DNA of 64,000 nucleotides, taken from contig NC_043007.1 of NCBI RefSeq assembly GCF_006345805.1, positions 57,598,001 through 57,662,000 of the forward strand. The letters are read 5' to 3'. The notes under the pieces are model-generated. The model saw only the letters and a program-made list of their open reading frames with translations. It made no database searches and was not told the origin of the DNA. Positions 41,564-54,993 of the stretch are shown one piece after another; positions within the stretch are counted from its first letter, which is position 1; each line of letters starts with the position of its first letter. The DNA comes from Octopus sinensis. Lineage: Eukaryota. The position numbers and the translations under genes are program-made.

Positions 41564-42035
41564 CATAAATGTATGTGTGTGTATATACATACATATATAT
41601 ATAATTATTTATTCTTACATATTACATATGCATACACTGAGAGGCACACACATGCACATACTCAGACACACACACACTCACTAACAAAAACACACATACA
41701 CACATAGTGTTTATTACCTAGAAATGACATTAAAAAACAAAATTAATGTCAGCACAGAATTGTATATTCGCGCAGAATTGAAGCAATATTTTCTGAAATG
41801 GTTTTAAGACTATATCTGAAATCTACGCGGTGCTTAAACCATAAAAGTATGTCTTTTGTCTCCTCACTTAAAAGTACACAAGAAACACAGAATTCATTCT
41901 TAGAATAATGCAGTTCCACAAAACATTGAAGGTTTATTGTTTCTACCTATTTTAAACAATACTTAATAATCTTGCTTTGCTGTCGTTAGATAACTGTCTA
42001 TTTTATGATGTGGATATGTAATACATTTATTATAT

Positions 42036-42089
<54 letters not shown>

Positions 42090-43748
42090 GTGGTTGTATA
42101 CTGTCAACTCAACGTGACAGTCCCGTAAGGGAATTACACCACCGCCATTTAGCCCTAGGAAACGTCGACGTTTCCTATCGGCTTTGACACATTTTCTGTG
42201 TCCTTATATTTGCAAAGGGGAGGCAATCACCCCCGCCAGCTGGGACTAGCACCTGAAGATATATGTTTCTGAGTGTATTGCTCGTCATCAGTCCTGGGTA
42301 GTAAGTCTCGCTAGCTGGAATCTTTATTATAGCCACAATGGCCTGAATGAAGAGGGGACATAACAATACAATACAGGACATGAAGTACATATAACAAAAA
42401 TACAGAAAGGATGATATGAAATGAAATATTAACAATGAATTAAATGAAATGGCTTACGAGCACCCCAAAGCTCGCAGTTTCATTTACAATTACAGTTATA
42501 CTATCTGGGATGTTCGTCAGTAATGTAAACGAGTAATTCATCCTACTCTATAACGCCGGGCAAACTGTCGTATCGTGTGTTCGATCCTCTGTCTCGGCGG
42601 CAGACTTTTTTGTTTTTTTCTTTTTTTGGTCTTTGGGTGGTGATTCCACGCGTGTTCGCTTTCTATCCTCTTTTTCTTCTGTTCTCTCCTTTTCTTTCTC
42701 CTTTTCTAGCTCGTCGCCACTCTTCATATTATCTGTTGTTGTGATCTCTTCTTCCGCTTGTAGTTCTACATTCTCTCTTTCTAACTCCTCTATCAAAGCT
42801 TTTATTCCTTCCTCCAGGGTTATCGTCTTCTCTTGTTCTCTTTGAGGATACACATCCTTCATGTGCCCTCTGCTCTTACATTTATAACACACTGGAGGTC
42901 TCCCTTCCACCACGACTCTCAATCGTGTCTAATCGGGGAACACCAACTCCTCCGGGATGTTGTACAAATTTGGCATGGTTATGTGGATTAGGGTTTCCAC
43001 CGCATAACCCACCAGTTTATTTCATTCGACCTTTCCACCTTGAGTATGTTCACATCCTCCTTGCAGTTGTAAATTATTGCAGCTACTATTCTTTCGGTAT
43101 CAAGTTCCGGTGGAATTTTGTTTATTCGCACCCTCGCCGCTCTTCTACCGCAATAATTAGGAAGTAAAACCCACTTTTCTGATCTCAACGCTGTTGTTGC
43201 ATTCCTTTTTGCTTCATCTTCATTTTCAAAGTGTACTTCTACTGTTGCGTATTTTCTACCTCCATTGTAGAACGTAGCTCTTTCTTTTATTTCTTGTAAA
43301 CACTTTTCAATCTCTTCCACTTCAGCCACTTCTATTCTTTTTGAGACCACACTCCATGTTCGGTATGTTATTGTTTTTTTTCTTCTCCTTTAATTTCGTA
43401 TTCAGGTGGTGTAATCCTCAGACATTCTCCTTTTTTGAAGCTGTCATAGTATTTCCTCAGACTTTCCTTTTCAGTAATTACTTCTTTTAACTGTAATGAA
43501 CCAGCAGACATGCTTTTGCCTGCTGCTTTCGCATAAGTCTGGGCTTGCATGCCCAACATAGAATTCAGCAATTATAACGTTCAACACAAAGCAATTTTAT
43601 ATTAAAACGGGTGATTCGAAAAAAACATTTGGTATTATTTAATCACTATTACACATGTCCATTTGTTAATGGCAGTTACAAAACTGTGCATGTGTTAGAA
43701 AAGCATGTAAGATATTGACTATTAGAAATTTTTCAGACAGGGAGTCAC
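42090..43748 (-). mobile_element. L1/Tx1-like element retaining ORF1 only
   Basis: ORF1 remnant followed by a short 3' region with AATAAA (42328-42323) and no ORF2; (CA)n and (TA)n flanks. Boundaries are approximate. Confidence 0.6.
42548..43571 (-). pseudogene. L1/Tx1-type ORF1 (RRM-like region + gag zinc knuckle), disrupted
   Basis: TYAKAA, KYATVEVHF, RVRINKIPPEL, LRVVVEGRPPVCYKCKSRGHMKDVY (CX2CX4HX4C with the last Cys mutated), charged tail; one stop and one frameshift. Confidence 0.75.
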
Positions 43749-44721
43749 GCACACACACACACATGCACACAGCACCAAACATATTTGCTCATGACTTTCA
43801 GATGTTTTAACACCCGATCGCAGCGTACCGGTAAATACACCTGCGGTGTGCGTTAAATATGTGTGTGCGTGTGCGTATGCACGCGTATGCATAACGAATC
43901 AAGGCATATGAAAGGGAAGCACACCATAAATTGGCTAGACCGAATGACGCAAAACAAATTTGTAAATTTGGAATCTTCAACTTAACACCGATTATTGCCG
44001 AAACTACTTTCGTTAGTCTAAGATGCAGAATTATTTCTTTATACGAATGCTGCCATCCTATCAATATGTTGGTCACTCTGTCTATTTTATTTAATCTGCT
44101 CCAATTCTATTTTTCCTCGTTATTCTTCTTTCCCCTCCTCTAAGATTTTGACGTAACTTCGCTAGTTTCTAGCTTTCCTTAAGTCATTCTCCTTCAGTTA
44201 TAATTAATTGAATCTCCACTAATTAAATCTAATGGTCTATTAGTTCTGTACTAATTAATTAGAGTGCTTTTATCATGATTAACCAATTGAGTAAATAAGT
44301 AACGCTGGAATTTTCTACCTTATCCCAATCTTTAATGTAGTTAACTGGAAAACAATATAACACTGTTAATTTCATTTATTATTTTGGAATAGGTTCGGCG
44401 GCTGCTGTTTGAACATGCTTTCATAGAATCCAATGTCGTGCTTTCTGCCTGCTATGCGCCATTGTACAAGCATGTTCTGTCGTCCTTAAAGAACGAGGTT
44501 GCTAAGTTTAATGACATTGAACTAGACATGTCTTTAACTGTTATGTAAATTTACAACATTCTGCTATCTACCTTCAGTGACTGACAGACTGTATGCCCAC
44601 CCATTTTACATTTCTCGGATGTTGGTAATTTTGATTAGAAATTTCACTTGATCTGTCGATTAATCAACATTTCACCGCTAGCTTGTTTATTTGATTAGAC
44701 TGATGAATTTCAGGTTGGGTA

Positions 44722-44787
44722 ACATATTATGGATAGTGTGGATATCTTATGGATAGTGTGCATATCCTATGGATAGTGTGCATATTA
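44722..44787. repeat. 20-bp minisatellite, three copies
   Basis: TATGGATAGTGTG(G/C)ATAT.. at 44728, 44748 and 44768. Confidence 0.9.
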
Positions 44788-44894
44788 TATACTTTACTGT
44801 ATTACGCTTACATCACAATAAAGACTCTTGAAACAATTCGTCTATTTTTATTACACACATATATATATATTATTTAAAGGACACAATACAAGTT

Positions 44895-45237
44895 TTTAAG
44901 TGCTAGTAATAATTTCATACGCTGAGAAATATATTTAGCATATTCATCAGGCACAAACCACATGTCGTAACGAACTAAAAATAAAAAAAAACTGAATGAG
45001 GGAAGAAACGAGAAAAATCTGACATCTTTTCAGCTTTATAATTTAAGGTCTAAGGAGAATAACTCTTTTACCATTTTTACATTTTACATTTTAGTTTTTT
45101 CTTTTTCCTTTTCCAATTTTCGTTTTCTGTTTTTTTCGCATTTCTTCTCTTATTCAATTTCTTTTAGTTCGTTATCATGTGTTTTGTACCTGGTGAATAT
45201 GCTTGAGATATTTCTCAAAATATCAGTAGCACTTAAA
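44895..45237. repeat. Degenerate inverted repeat (44895-44980 / 45162-45237) carrying hammerhead-like motifs
   Basis: Arms share GT(G/A)CCTG(A/G)TGAATATGCT..ATATTTCTCA..TAGCACTTAA in opposite orientation. Confidence 0.7.
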
Positions 45238-45324
45238 GAGATGCATTGTATCCTTTAAATGAATAATATTTATCTCTCACTAGAGTACCTTTTCCCTCAT
45301 CTTTCTATCAAGGAACAGTAAATC

Positions 45325-45379
<55 letters not shown>

Positions 45380-45799
45380 ATGTTTGTGGCGATTTTGTTC
45401 ACATCACATTGTTGTTTTTTGCTTCTATGCTTACTCTTCTCTTACATGTTTTAGTGCACCTTTCATGTGTATTCATATGTGTACGACTTTGTGTGTATAG
45501 GTGTGTGTGTGTGTAAGAGAGAGATAGGGAGCGAGAGAGAGAGAGAGAGAGAGGGTGCGGGAGAGAGGAAGAGGGAGAGAGAGATTATAAAATTTGCTAA
45601 GAGCAGAAAATAAGCTGAAACTTATCTCAGCCAAGTTCTACGTTGTATTGGAAGCTTTTAATGTCTAGACTTCCATAGTCTTTACCATTGGAGATATGAT
45701 CATCCAATGAAAAGAGTGTTGGAACAAGATATCTTTACCGTCTCATGCATATACAAATAATTAATTAAATAAATAAGGAAATAAAAGAGCAAATGCAAA

Positions 45800-46630
45800 T
45801 TATGTAAAGCCGCAAAATCTCGCTTGACATTGGAACGCCATCACTGCCGAAGAGCTAAAAGTAAGAGGAGGGTACGCGGTTAAAATGTTACACATCATGT
45901 TCAAAATAGTATGGAAAGCAGAAATAAAACTAAAAGATAAGGCTATTTAGACTTGTAGCATCAATACATGGATAGATCTATAAGCGACAGTTATAGATCG
46001 ATTTCGTCTTATTAATAATTCGAAATGAGTTCAGTAGATATTGGTTTTACTTTAAAATGTAAAATAGATCTGAAGAAGCTGTCAATACCGTTCGGACAAT
46101 ATAGATGCTCAGATAATATCAAATTTCCTTATAGTTCAACTTAATCGACTTTAAAACTATTTTCGATACCATCTGGCAAAATGTTCTAGAGAAGATAATG
46201 TCACCGATAGGGTTAGACGCAAAGATAGTGCGAACTATAGAGGCACTATACATTTCCGAGTATGGACTTGGATGTATGCGTAAGTCAAACAGGGAGTTAT
46301 CTGTTGTCTGCTTCCATTGTTATCATTCTCTTGGAATTCCCCAGGAAAGAGATGAAGGACTTAGCACTAAACGATCTTCTTTCCATAAATATTAGATATG
46401 TTGATGACATAACCCTAATATCCTTGATGTTTAAAAAGCTGAAAATATTCCCTAAACAGTTAGACAAATTACGTAAAAGATAGCGTATAAAAGTAAATGG
46501 TGTGATATGCAAGACCATGGCACATAAAGAAACTCTCAGCTCATTGGATTCTGAAGCAAAACAGTCACCGAGGCTCTTTCCCTGCAGTGCAGTGCCATTC
46601 ATATAATAAAGACCATCTGCCACGATTTCA
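45800..46630 (+). pseudogene. Ancient RTE-like reverse transcriptase remnant
   Basis: ITAEELK..MLHIMFKIVWKAE, DFKTIFDTIWQ, IGLDAKIVRTIEALY, VKQG, IRYVDDITL. Confidence 0.7.
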
Positions 46631-46642
46631 CAAATTCCAAAT

Positions 46643-46880
46643 TCCAATATAGTCACACACACACACACACACACTTGTCTGTCTGTGTGTTTCCCTAAAA
46701 CTTGAGAACTACACAACCAATTTCATTCAAATTTTACACATGCCTTACTTAGGGTCCGGGCAGTGTCATGGGCAAAACAATTTCTAACTTCTTGCCTAGG
46801 GCGAGCCCACAGCAATATCATATATTCTCCACTATTTCAGTCTTACGTGTTAAAAGTGAAACAAAAATATCTCTCTATTG
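46643..46880 (+). mobile_element. Possible non-autonomous Helitron/HINE-like fragment
   Basis: (GTCT) run followed by ..ACAACCAATTTCATTCAAATTTTACAC, resembling DINE/HINE cores; termini not identified. Confidence 0.3.
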
Positions 46881-46894
46881 TATGTATATGGATG

Positions 46895-46987
<93 letters not shown>

Positions 46988-47159
46988 TGTATATATATAG
47001 CTGTATATGTATACATGTATATGTATAACTGTATATGTATAGATGTATTTCTTTAGATATACATGTAATATGTACACATATATATACACACATATATATA
47101 TATATGCATACATATATACACCCATACACACATACACACACACACACATACATAGGTGT

Positions 47160-47500
47160 AGGTGTGGCTGTGTGGTGACAAACTTGGTTCCAAAACACAT
47201 GGTCCTCAGTTCAGTCCCACTGTGTGGTAACGTGACATGTGTCTTCTGCTATAGCCTGGGACCAACCAAAGCCAGGTCAGTGGATTTTGTAGACAGAAAC
47301 TGAAAGAAATCAATTGTATGTATATGTATGTATATATGTAAGTCTATGTGTGTGTCTTTGTGTTTCTCCCTCATCACTGCTTCACAACTGGGGTTCGTTT
47401 ATTTACATCCCCATAACTTACTGGTTTCACAAGAAGAAACTGACGGAATAAGTACCCGGCTTATCAAAATATAAAAAAGCACTACGCAGTGTCTCATATT
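47160..47500 (+). mobile_element. SINE family B
   Basis: GTGGCTGTGTGGT...CAGTTCAGTCCCACTG head plus body. Confidence 0.85.
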
Positions 47501-47548
47501 TTTGTTTGCCCACTCAGTTGTATCTATCAATTCATCTTTATGTGTGTG

Positions 47549-47635
<87 letters not shown>

Positions 47636-47716
47636 GGATTTCGTAGACAGGAACTGAAAAAAATCAACCGTATATATATATGTATGCATATATGTAAGTG
47701 TATGTGTTTTTTTTTT

Positions 47717-48710
47717 ATTGGCAACATGAATGACAATGATCAGAGGCTACTTGAATTTTGCACATACCATAACCTGTGTATCGCTAACACATTCTTTGCC
47801 AACAAGACATCCCACAAGGCATCTTGGAGACATCCAAGATCTCACCACTCGCATCAGCTGGATTTCATCATTACACGAAGATCCTTTCTGAATTCTGTTC
47901 AACTGACCCGTAATTACCACAGCGCGGATTGTGACACAGATCATTCACTAATAAGAAACAGGGTGAGGATTCTACCTAAAAAAGTCCATCACTCCAACAA
48001 AATGGGGCGATCACGCATTAACACTGAATATTTACCAGGCATGTGTACTTAGCACTCTACTGTATGGAAGTGAGACTTGGATGCCATACACACGCCAAGA
48101 GCATCGCCTAAATACCTTTCACCTGCGCTGCCTCCGGAAAATCCTCCGCATCAAATGGCAGAATCATGTCCCCAACAAAGATATCCTCAAGCAAGCAGGA
48201 ATACCAAACATGTTTGCATTCCTCACACAAAGACGTATGAGATGGCTTGGACATGTTAGCCGTATGGAAGATGGCAGAATCCCCAAGGACATATTCGACG
48301 GAGAGCTTGCTAGAGGCACTAGGTCTGTGGGAAGACCGTTCTTACGATACAAGGATGTTTGCAAAAGGGGCAAGAATGCCTGCAACATCAATATTACCAA
48401 CTGGGAAGCAGTTGCCAGCAACCGTGGAGATTGGCGACGTACCGTAAAAGAGGTAACACAAAGGAGTGACATAGAGAGAGAGGAGAAATGGAAAGACAAG
48501 AAAAGACGTCAACAAGAAACTATGACATTACAACCAGCCAAGCAAAGTCTTCACTACATTTGCGGCACCTGCCAGAGGGAGTGTTTGTCCAGGATAGGAC
48601 TACACAGCCACAGCAGGAGATGTATTAGGACATGAAATGTAAAAGCCGGACTAAATTATTTTATGCACAACTCCATTGTCTCCCGAGACAAAAAGGATGA
48701 CAACAACAAT
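47717..48710 (+). mobile_element. RTE-clade LINE derivative lacking the whole RT domain
   Basis: APE C-terminus (RLLEFC..NTFF..SWRHPRS..QLDFII..ADCDTDH) joined at ~48026 to the post-RT region (YQACVLSTLLYGSETW..RWLGHVSRM..GRP..CGTCQRECLSRIGLHSHSRRC); CAA tail. Confidence 0.9.
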
Positions 48711-48751
48711 ATATATGGATTTCGTAGACAGGAACTGAAACAAATCAATCG

Positions 48752-48784
<33 letters not shown>

Positions 48785-48803
48785 TATATATATATATATA
48801 TAT

Positions 48804-48852
<49 letters not shown>

Positions 48853-49055
48853 AGTGCATGTGTGTGTCTTTGTCTCTGTGTTTCGCCCTCATCACTGCTT
48901 CACAACTGCTGTTCATTTATTTACATCCACATAACTTACTGGTTTCACAAGAACAAACTAATAGAATAAGTACGAGGCTTATCAACATAAAAAAGCACTA
49001 GGCTGTATCTCATATTTTTGTTTGCCCACTCAGTTGTATCTATCAATTTGTCTTT
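48711..49055 (+). mobile_element. Duplicated SINE family B 3' half plus flank
   Basis: Paralogous to 47280-47530, including the flank CTCATATTTTTGTTTGCCCACTCAGTTGTATCTATCAATT. Confidence 0.8.
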
Positions 49056-49070
49056 GAAAGTGTGTGTGTA

Positions 49071-49176
<106 letters not shown>

Positions 49177-49183
49177 TATATAT

Positions 49184-49215
<32 letters not shown>

Positions 49216-50496
49216 ACACCCTAATGGGAGCCTTAACTCCCAAGTTTTAGTCATTTCTTTTATGATCCAAAACTAGGTCAAAAGGACTGAATGGATCTTT
49301 ATGAAATTTGGAAATTATATTCTATGCATAAGGGCCATAACCCCCATGACAATTCATATAATTTTGCAGTTGATGAAATTTTAACCATAGATATTAGACA
49401 CAAATGAAGTAATATTTACAAAATTTCATCTTCTTACAAGTTAGAAAGACCCCTCCATGGGGACTTAACACCCACAATTTTGTCATTTTATCTAAGCAAA
49501 AGCGAATACACTTGTGCTCTTGGAAGCTTAGGGTTACCCGAGAATAAAAGTTGGGCATTATTTCTAATTCAATGGTACAATAGTGTAAAAGTTTGCTTTG
49601 ACATACACTTACATTGTGATTTCTACAATATGGTGCATAAATTGTCAAGTAAATGAGAGGCATCTTTGCTTCCGCTAATTCAGTTGCAAAGTTATTTGAT
49701 TGCAGACCTCCTTTCAGTATTTTTATTATCACTGGGTCACACATAGTCCCCAGATGGTAACATTGATTTCAAGGCCTTCCCAGATGAGTGACTGGTTATT
49801 CAAAGACATTTATAGATTGTAAATTTATTCTGTCCAATTACGTATCGTATCAGTATAGTGGTCATTTGCAAACTCCAGAGTTGACACTTTCATTTCTCCT
49901 TAGCCCTCACGTCACACAGTTGTTAATGTTGATTTCAGTTGGGACACGCCCTTCCAATTGCTATAGATTTGTAATGCATCTTACGGCTGTGCCTGTCACC
50001 AGGATGGTGAGGAATCCTACATTGGGAGTGGCAACGACTAGGGTAAGGTAACTGACTGCTTATTGTGAGCATTCGTCTTTTGGTTTCCTGTAGCTTTGCT
50101 CTCTTTTACAAACCCAGTGAACATATATTTCCTATTTCAAAGAAATTCAAACAATAGATATAAGACCCAAGTTAAAACGATTTTCAACAATTCAACTTCT
50201 ATGGTTGACATTAAGATGCCCACCCACAACAGGGGACTTATCTCTCACATTTTAGAGCTCCATGACCTTCATTTTTCAGGAGCAAAATCTTTTTACCAGG
50301 TTCAATAAGACTGGAATTTTGGAATATGCGCATAAAAATCAGTAGTATGGGATACTTGTGGCACGATCAAAATTTTTTAAGGGTGTGTAAAGAGGGAAAT
50401 AACCCTCATCTGCAATTTTGATAAAATTCGAAACATAGATATTCCAGTTCATTATAGAAAATATAACAGAAAAGTCTAATTCTTCAATTGAATGTA

Positions 50497-50523
50497 ACCG
50501 GGCAACGCCGGGTATCTCTGCTA

Positions 50524-50525
<2 letters not shown>
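50497..50525 (+). mobile_element. Helitron 3' terminus
   Basis: GC-rich hairpin ACCGGGC-AAC-GCCGGGT (one mismatch) 7 nt upstream of CTAG, followed by T; 5' end not located. Confidence 0.6.
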
Positions 50526-50561
<36 letters not shown>

Positions 50562-50617
50562 AAACAGGAGATTGGTCATTTTTTTATATTATTTATTTAC
50601 CATATACATATACATAT

Positions 50618-50698
<81 letters not shown>

Positions 50699-50792
50699 TG
50701 TCTTCCCTTCCTTCCTGAGCGTCCAATAATACTATATTGTTCCACGTCCTCGCGTTGTTGTGTTTTCTCTTTGTGTTTTCATGTTTGGATTA

Positions 50793-50861
<69 letters not shown>

Positions 50862-52489
50862 TACCAATTACCGGAGTCATTCTTGTTGCTTATTTTGAGT
50901 ATATATATAATTTTGTGTCCATATTTCTTACTTCCTTCTTTTTGTTTTTCATTTGTTTGTCTACTTAGCAACTTATTCCTTTTATACACACACACACACA
51001 CACATACAGACACGCGTGTACTTGCTTTTGAATTAAAAATGCCTACACACTCATATTTTGTGACAAACGAATATATTTACCCTCCCACACATACATACAC
51101 ACAAACACATTTGCATATACACGACAGCTTATCTGGAATTGCGTAAAATACTGTATGATTTTAGTCAAAACAATTGCAGCCTAATTTTAAATTTCATAAC
51201 CAGACAACGGAAGCAGAATGTCAAAATCACAACTCAGATTGAGTTATCATCCTCCCCAACCCACCCTAATATCTAGTAATCTTACTAGATCCCATGTATA
51301 AAGACAAGTACAGTTGCCCTCTACGTTTTACACGTTGTCTACGTTAAGTTATAATTCTTTGACGGATGATTCTCGTAGCTTTCTAATGTTTGCAGTACAC
51401 TAGAAAGTGTACGTCTGTCTCTAATGAAAAACGTCATATCCGCAGTCAGATACATAGTGTGAAATAGGACAGAGGTCAAGATATGCAGCTCTGATTTGAT
51501 GGGTGAAGAGAAGAAAATGGCTATTAGTTGTCATAACTAAATGTTTTATTTACAAACACCATTCAGAGAAAAAGGGAAGGGTTTTAAAAAAAAAAACGCA
51601 GACAAAACTTTAAGGATTTGCACCGAATGGCTTAGATGTCTAGCAGCTGCATATGAAAGTGTCTCGATATACAAACATGCACACGCACCCATACACCCAC
51701 AATCCACCATTATCTATCTTTCTTTCTGTCTATCTATCTCTTTGTGTGTATATATATATATATATATAATGTCTTTCTTTTATTTTATATGTTTCAGCCT
51801 TGAGGGTATGGTCATGCTGTGTATATATATATATATATATGTGCATATATATATAGTTATATCTAGATAGATAGATACATACATACATACACATATACAT
51901 ACATAGACTCACATATATGTATGCATGAATATATATATAAGAAAAAGAAGAAAATGGAGAAATTGACATATAGACATCAATTTATTGAAACAAATCCAAT
52001 TTCGAGCAATATCAAGATCATAGAACCTACAATTCTTTCCATGTCAAATCAATTAATTCAAATTAGAAAAAATTAAATTAAAGACTCATATTTCGTCAGG
52101 GTCAGAACTCAATAGAAAAAGGAACTACATCCCAATGTGTTGATATATCATTGGTATACTCAGCATTCAATTCAGATATGTGCGCTTGTGCATTCTAATA
52201 CATTTTTCAGAAACTGTTACTTGTGTATGTGCAACTTTGTTTTAATTTATTTGTGCGCGTGCGTGTATTAATATGTTGAAAAAAAAAAAAAACCGAGCCG
52301 TTAGTTTGCCTAAACGATATTTTGATACAGTTAATTGTAATTAAAAACATTTATTCCTAATATTCATTATTACTTGTGTGAGTACGAAATGTCAGCAAAG
52401 TTTTTTAATCACTTTGAGAATTATATTGTCAGTCACCTAATTATAACCTCTAGTATTAATAATTCTTTTATTCTCAGAATTGTTTCAGT

Positions 52490-52930
<441 letters not shown>

Positions 52931-53509
52931 TGCTGATTTTTTAGTTTTATAATTGAAAACATAAATCATAGTTCCTTTAACTATGTACCACAACACCATG
53001 ACGAAATTCTGTATGTTCACATATATTACGTCAACAAGATTTATGTACAATATATTTTTTATTTTATTTTTTATCATAATATCCACTAAGAATTATTTTC
53101 TAAGTTTCTTGGTTGCAATTGTTTGTATTAACAATTAAATACTAATTCATTTAACATAATTTAAATCATAAATATATCTATTGTTTACTGCGTACTACAT
53201 AACGATGTCGAATTCAAAAAGTTTACCATATACCTTCGCTGCATACTACGTCATCAAGATTTGTGCGCAATATATATTTTTTTATAATGATGAGAAAAAG
53301 ATTCATACGATTACTATTGAGGAATGAATTAACATTAAATATAATAAAAAATTATCCAATTAATACATTGTATTCTTTGTTTTAATAATACTTGTTATTT
53401 TAATTGGAATTGGAATTTTCTAAGATAAGTATTTATATATTTCTAGTTAGTCAATTAATAAGATAGTTAATTTATAGTTTTAGTAACGTTTTCATTTTAT
53501 TTCAATGGT

Positions 53510-54230
53510 GATTCTTAAATACATGTTTACAGGCATGAACACAGGATGATCCACTCTCTTTTTGGGACTAAGAAGCTTACGCCTAGAAGTCAAAATCTGA
53601 AATAATTCTTCAATACTATTATCTCCAATTCTATTGGTGTTGGTATGGCTTTATTATTTCCCACTTTATGCTATACTTTTTATTCTTGTCATTCAAGTCC
53701 CAAACAAATTTACTAAGACTGCTATAAGACGATTTATTTCTATTATTAAAGGTGTATTGATGGTTAGGAATATGTTTTTTTTTATATAATTATCCGTTGA
53801 ACCGATATAAAAATAATTTTTAGCTTCGGATTTCATCAATATCGTATATACATATATATTTTTTTTTGCTTGCAATATTTTTTAAGCAGTGATTTCTAAG
53901 CTTGCAATCACAATATATGCTTTCATTTTTATTCATCTTTCTATTTCATTTATAAAATTATATTCATTAATATTATAGTCCATACTGTTAGCCTTTAGGT
54001 TAAGATGGGACCCAACGTGGATTGTTTCCCTTTGTTTATTAGAAAGGTTTATTAGTATATGCTTTACTATCATTATCACCTTTACTGTTCTTCAAGTATT
54101 ACAGTTATTCGTATTATTATAATAATACAAATCACTTAATTTCCTATTGTTAAAGGAAGATATAATTTTGAAGACAATTCTAGAGACAGAATGCGCCACA
54201 CGGAGATTACTGGAATAGATTGGATGCTGA
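53510..54230 (-). pseudogene. Second PLE lineage: thumb/linker and GIY-YIG endonuclease remnant
   Basis: LRVAHS..IISSFNNRKL, CDCKLRNHC, NIYVY..YFYIGST, SFNNRNK..SLSKFVWDLNDKN..YSIKWEII, EELFQIL..RKLL..C.HACKH; many indels. Confidence 0.7.
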
Positions 54231-54270
54231 CATCCTTTTAAGAGGTATTTATATCCTTGAAATGATATAT

Positions 54271-54679
54271 AGTGGCTGTGTGGTAAGTAGCTTGCTAACC
54301 AACCACATGGTTCCGGGTTCAGTCCCACTGCGTGGCATCTTGGGCAAGTGTCTTCTGCTATAGCCCCGGGCCGACCAATGTCTTGTGAGTGGATTTGGTA
54401 GACGGAAACTGAAAGAAGCCCGTCGTATATATGTATATATATATGTGTGTGTGTATGTGTTTGTGTGTCTGTGTTTGTCCCCCTAGCATTGGTTGACAAC
54501 CGATGCTGTTGTGTTTACGTCCCCGTAACTTAGCGGTTCGTCAAAAGAGACCGATAGAATAAGTACTGGGCTTAAAAAGAATAAGTCCCGGGGTTGATTT
54601 GCTCGACTAAAAGGCGGTGCTCCAGCATGGCCGCAGTCAAATGACTGAAACAAGCAAAAGAGTAAAGAGTAAAGAGTAA
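54271..54679 (+). mobile_element. SINE family B, complete reference copy
   Basis: tRNA-like head with A-box-like TGGCTGTGTGG and B-box-like GGTTCAGTCCC, internal TA/TG tract, (AAAGAGT)n tail. Confidence 0.92.
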
Positions 54680-54993
54680 TACATATACATACATACATAC
54701 ATACATACATACATACATACATACATACACACACACACTTATATATATATATATATATAGAAGTCATGGGTAACCTGCCCCTCGTGGGGCTTTCTGGACG
54801 ACGCCCTCAACGAAAATTACCATGATTATTTTTAGTATTGCCACCTGCCTGATAAAAAACCACGTTTCATACATCCCATTTTTCAGAAAAGGTTGGCACT
54901 CATGAAACAGAGGCCTACAGTTTAAAGTCATATCCAGGACATTCATACAGCAATGCAAACATAACATAACATACGTACGTACATACATACATA

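Noticed and set aside
42238-42248. 11-nt match to the 7SL/Alu motif TAGTCCCAGCT
   Set aside because: No flanking similarity to 7SL; compatible with chance.
44722-44787. Short direct repeats suggestive of CRISPR
   Set aside because: Contiguous 20-bp units with no spacers, eukaryotic context, no cas genes.
54271-54345. tRNA-like sequence (also the other SINE heads)
   Set aside because: No complete cloverleaf; continues into a SINE body repeated many times in the window.
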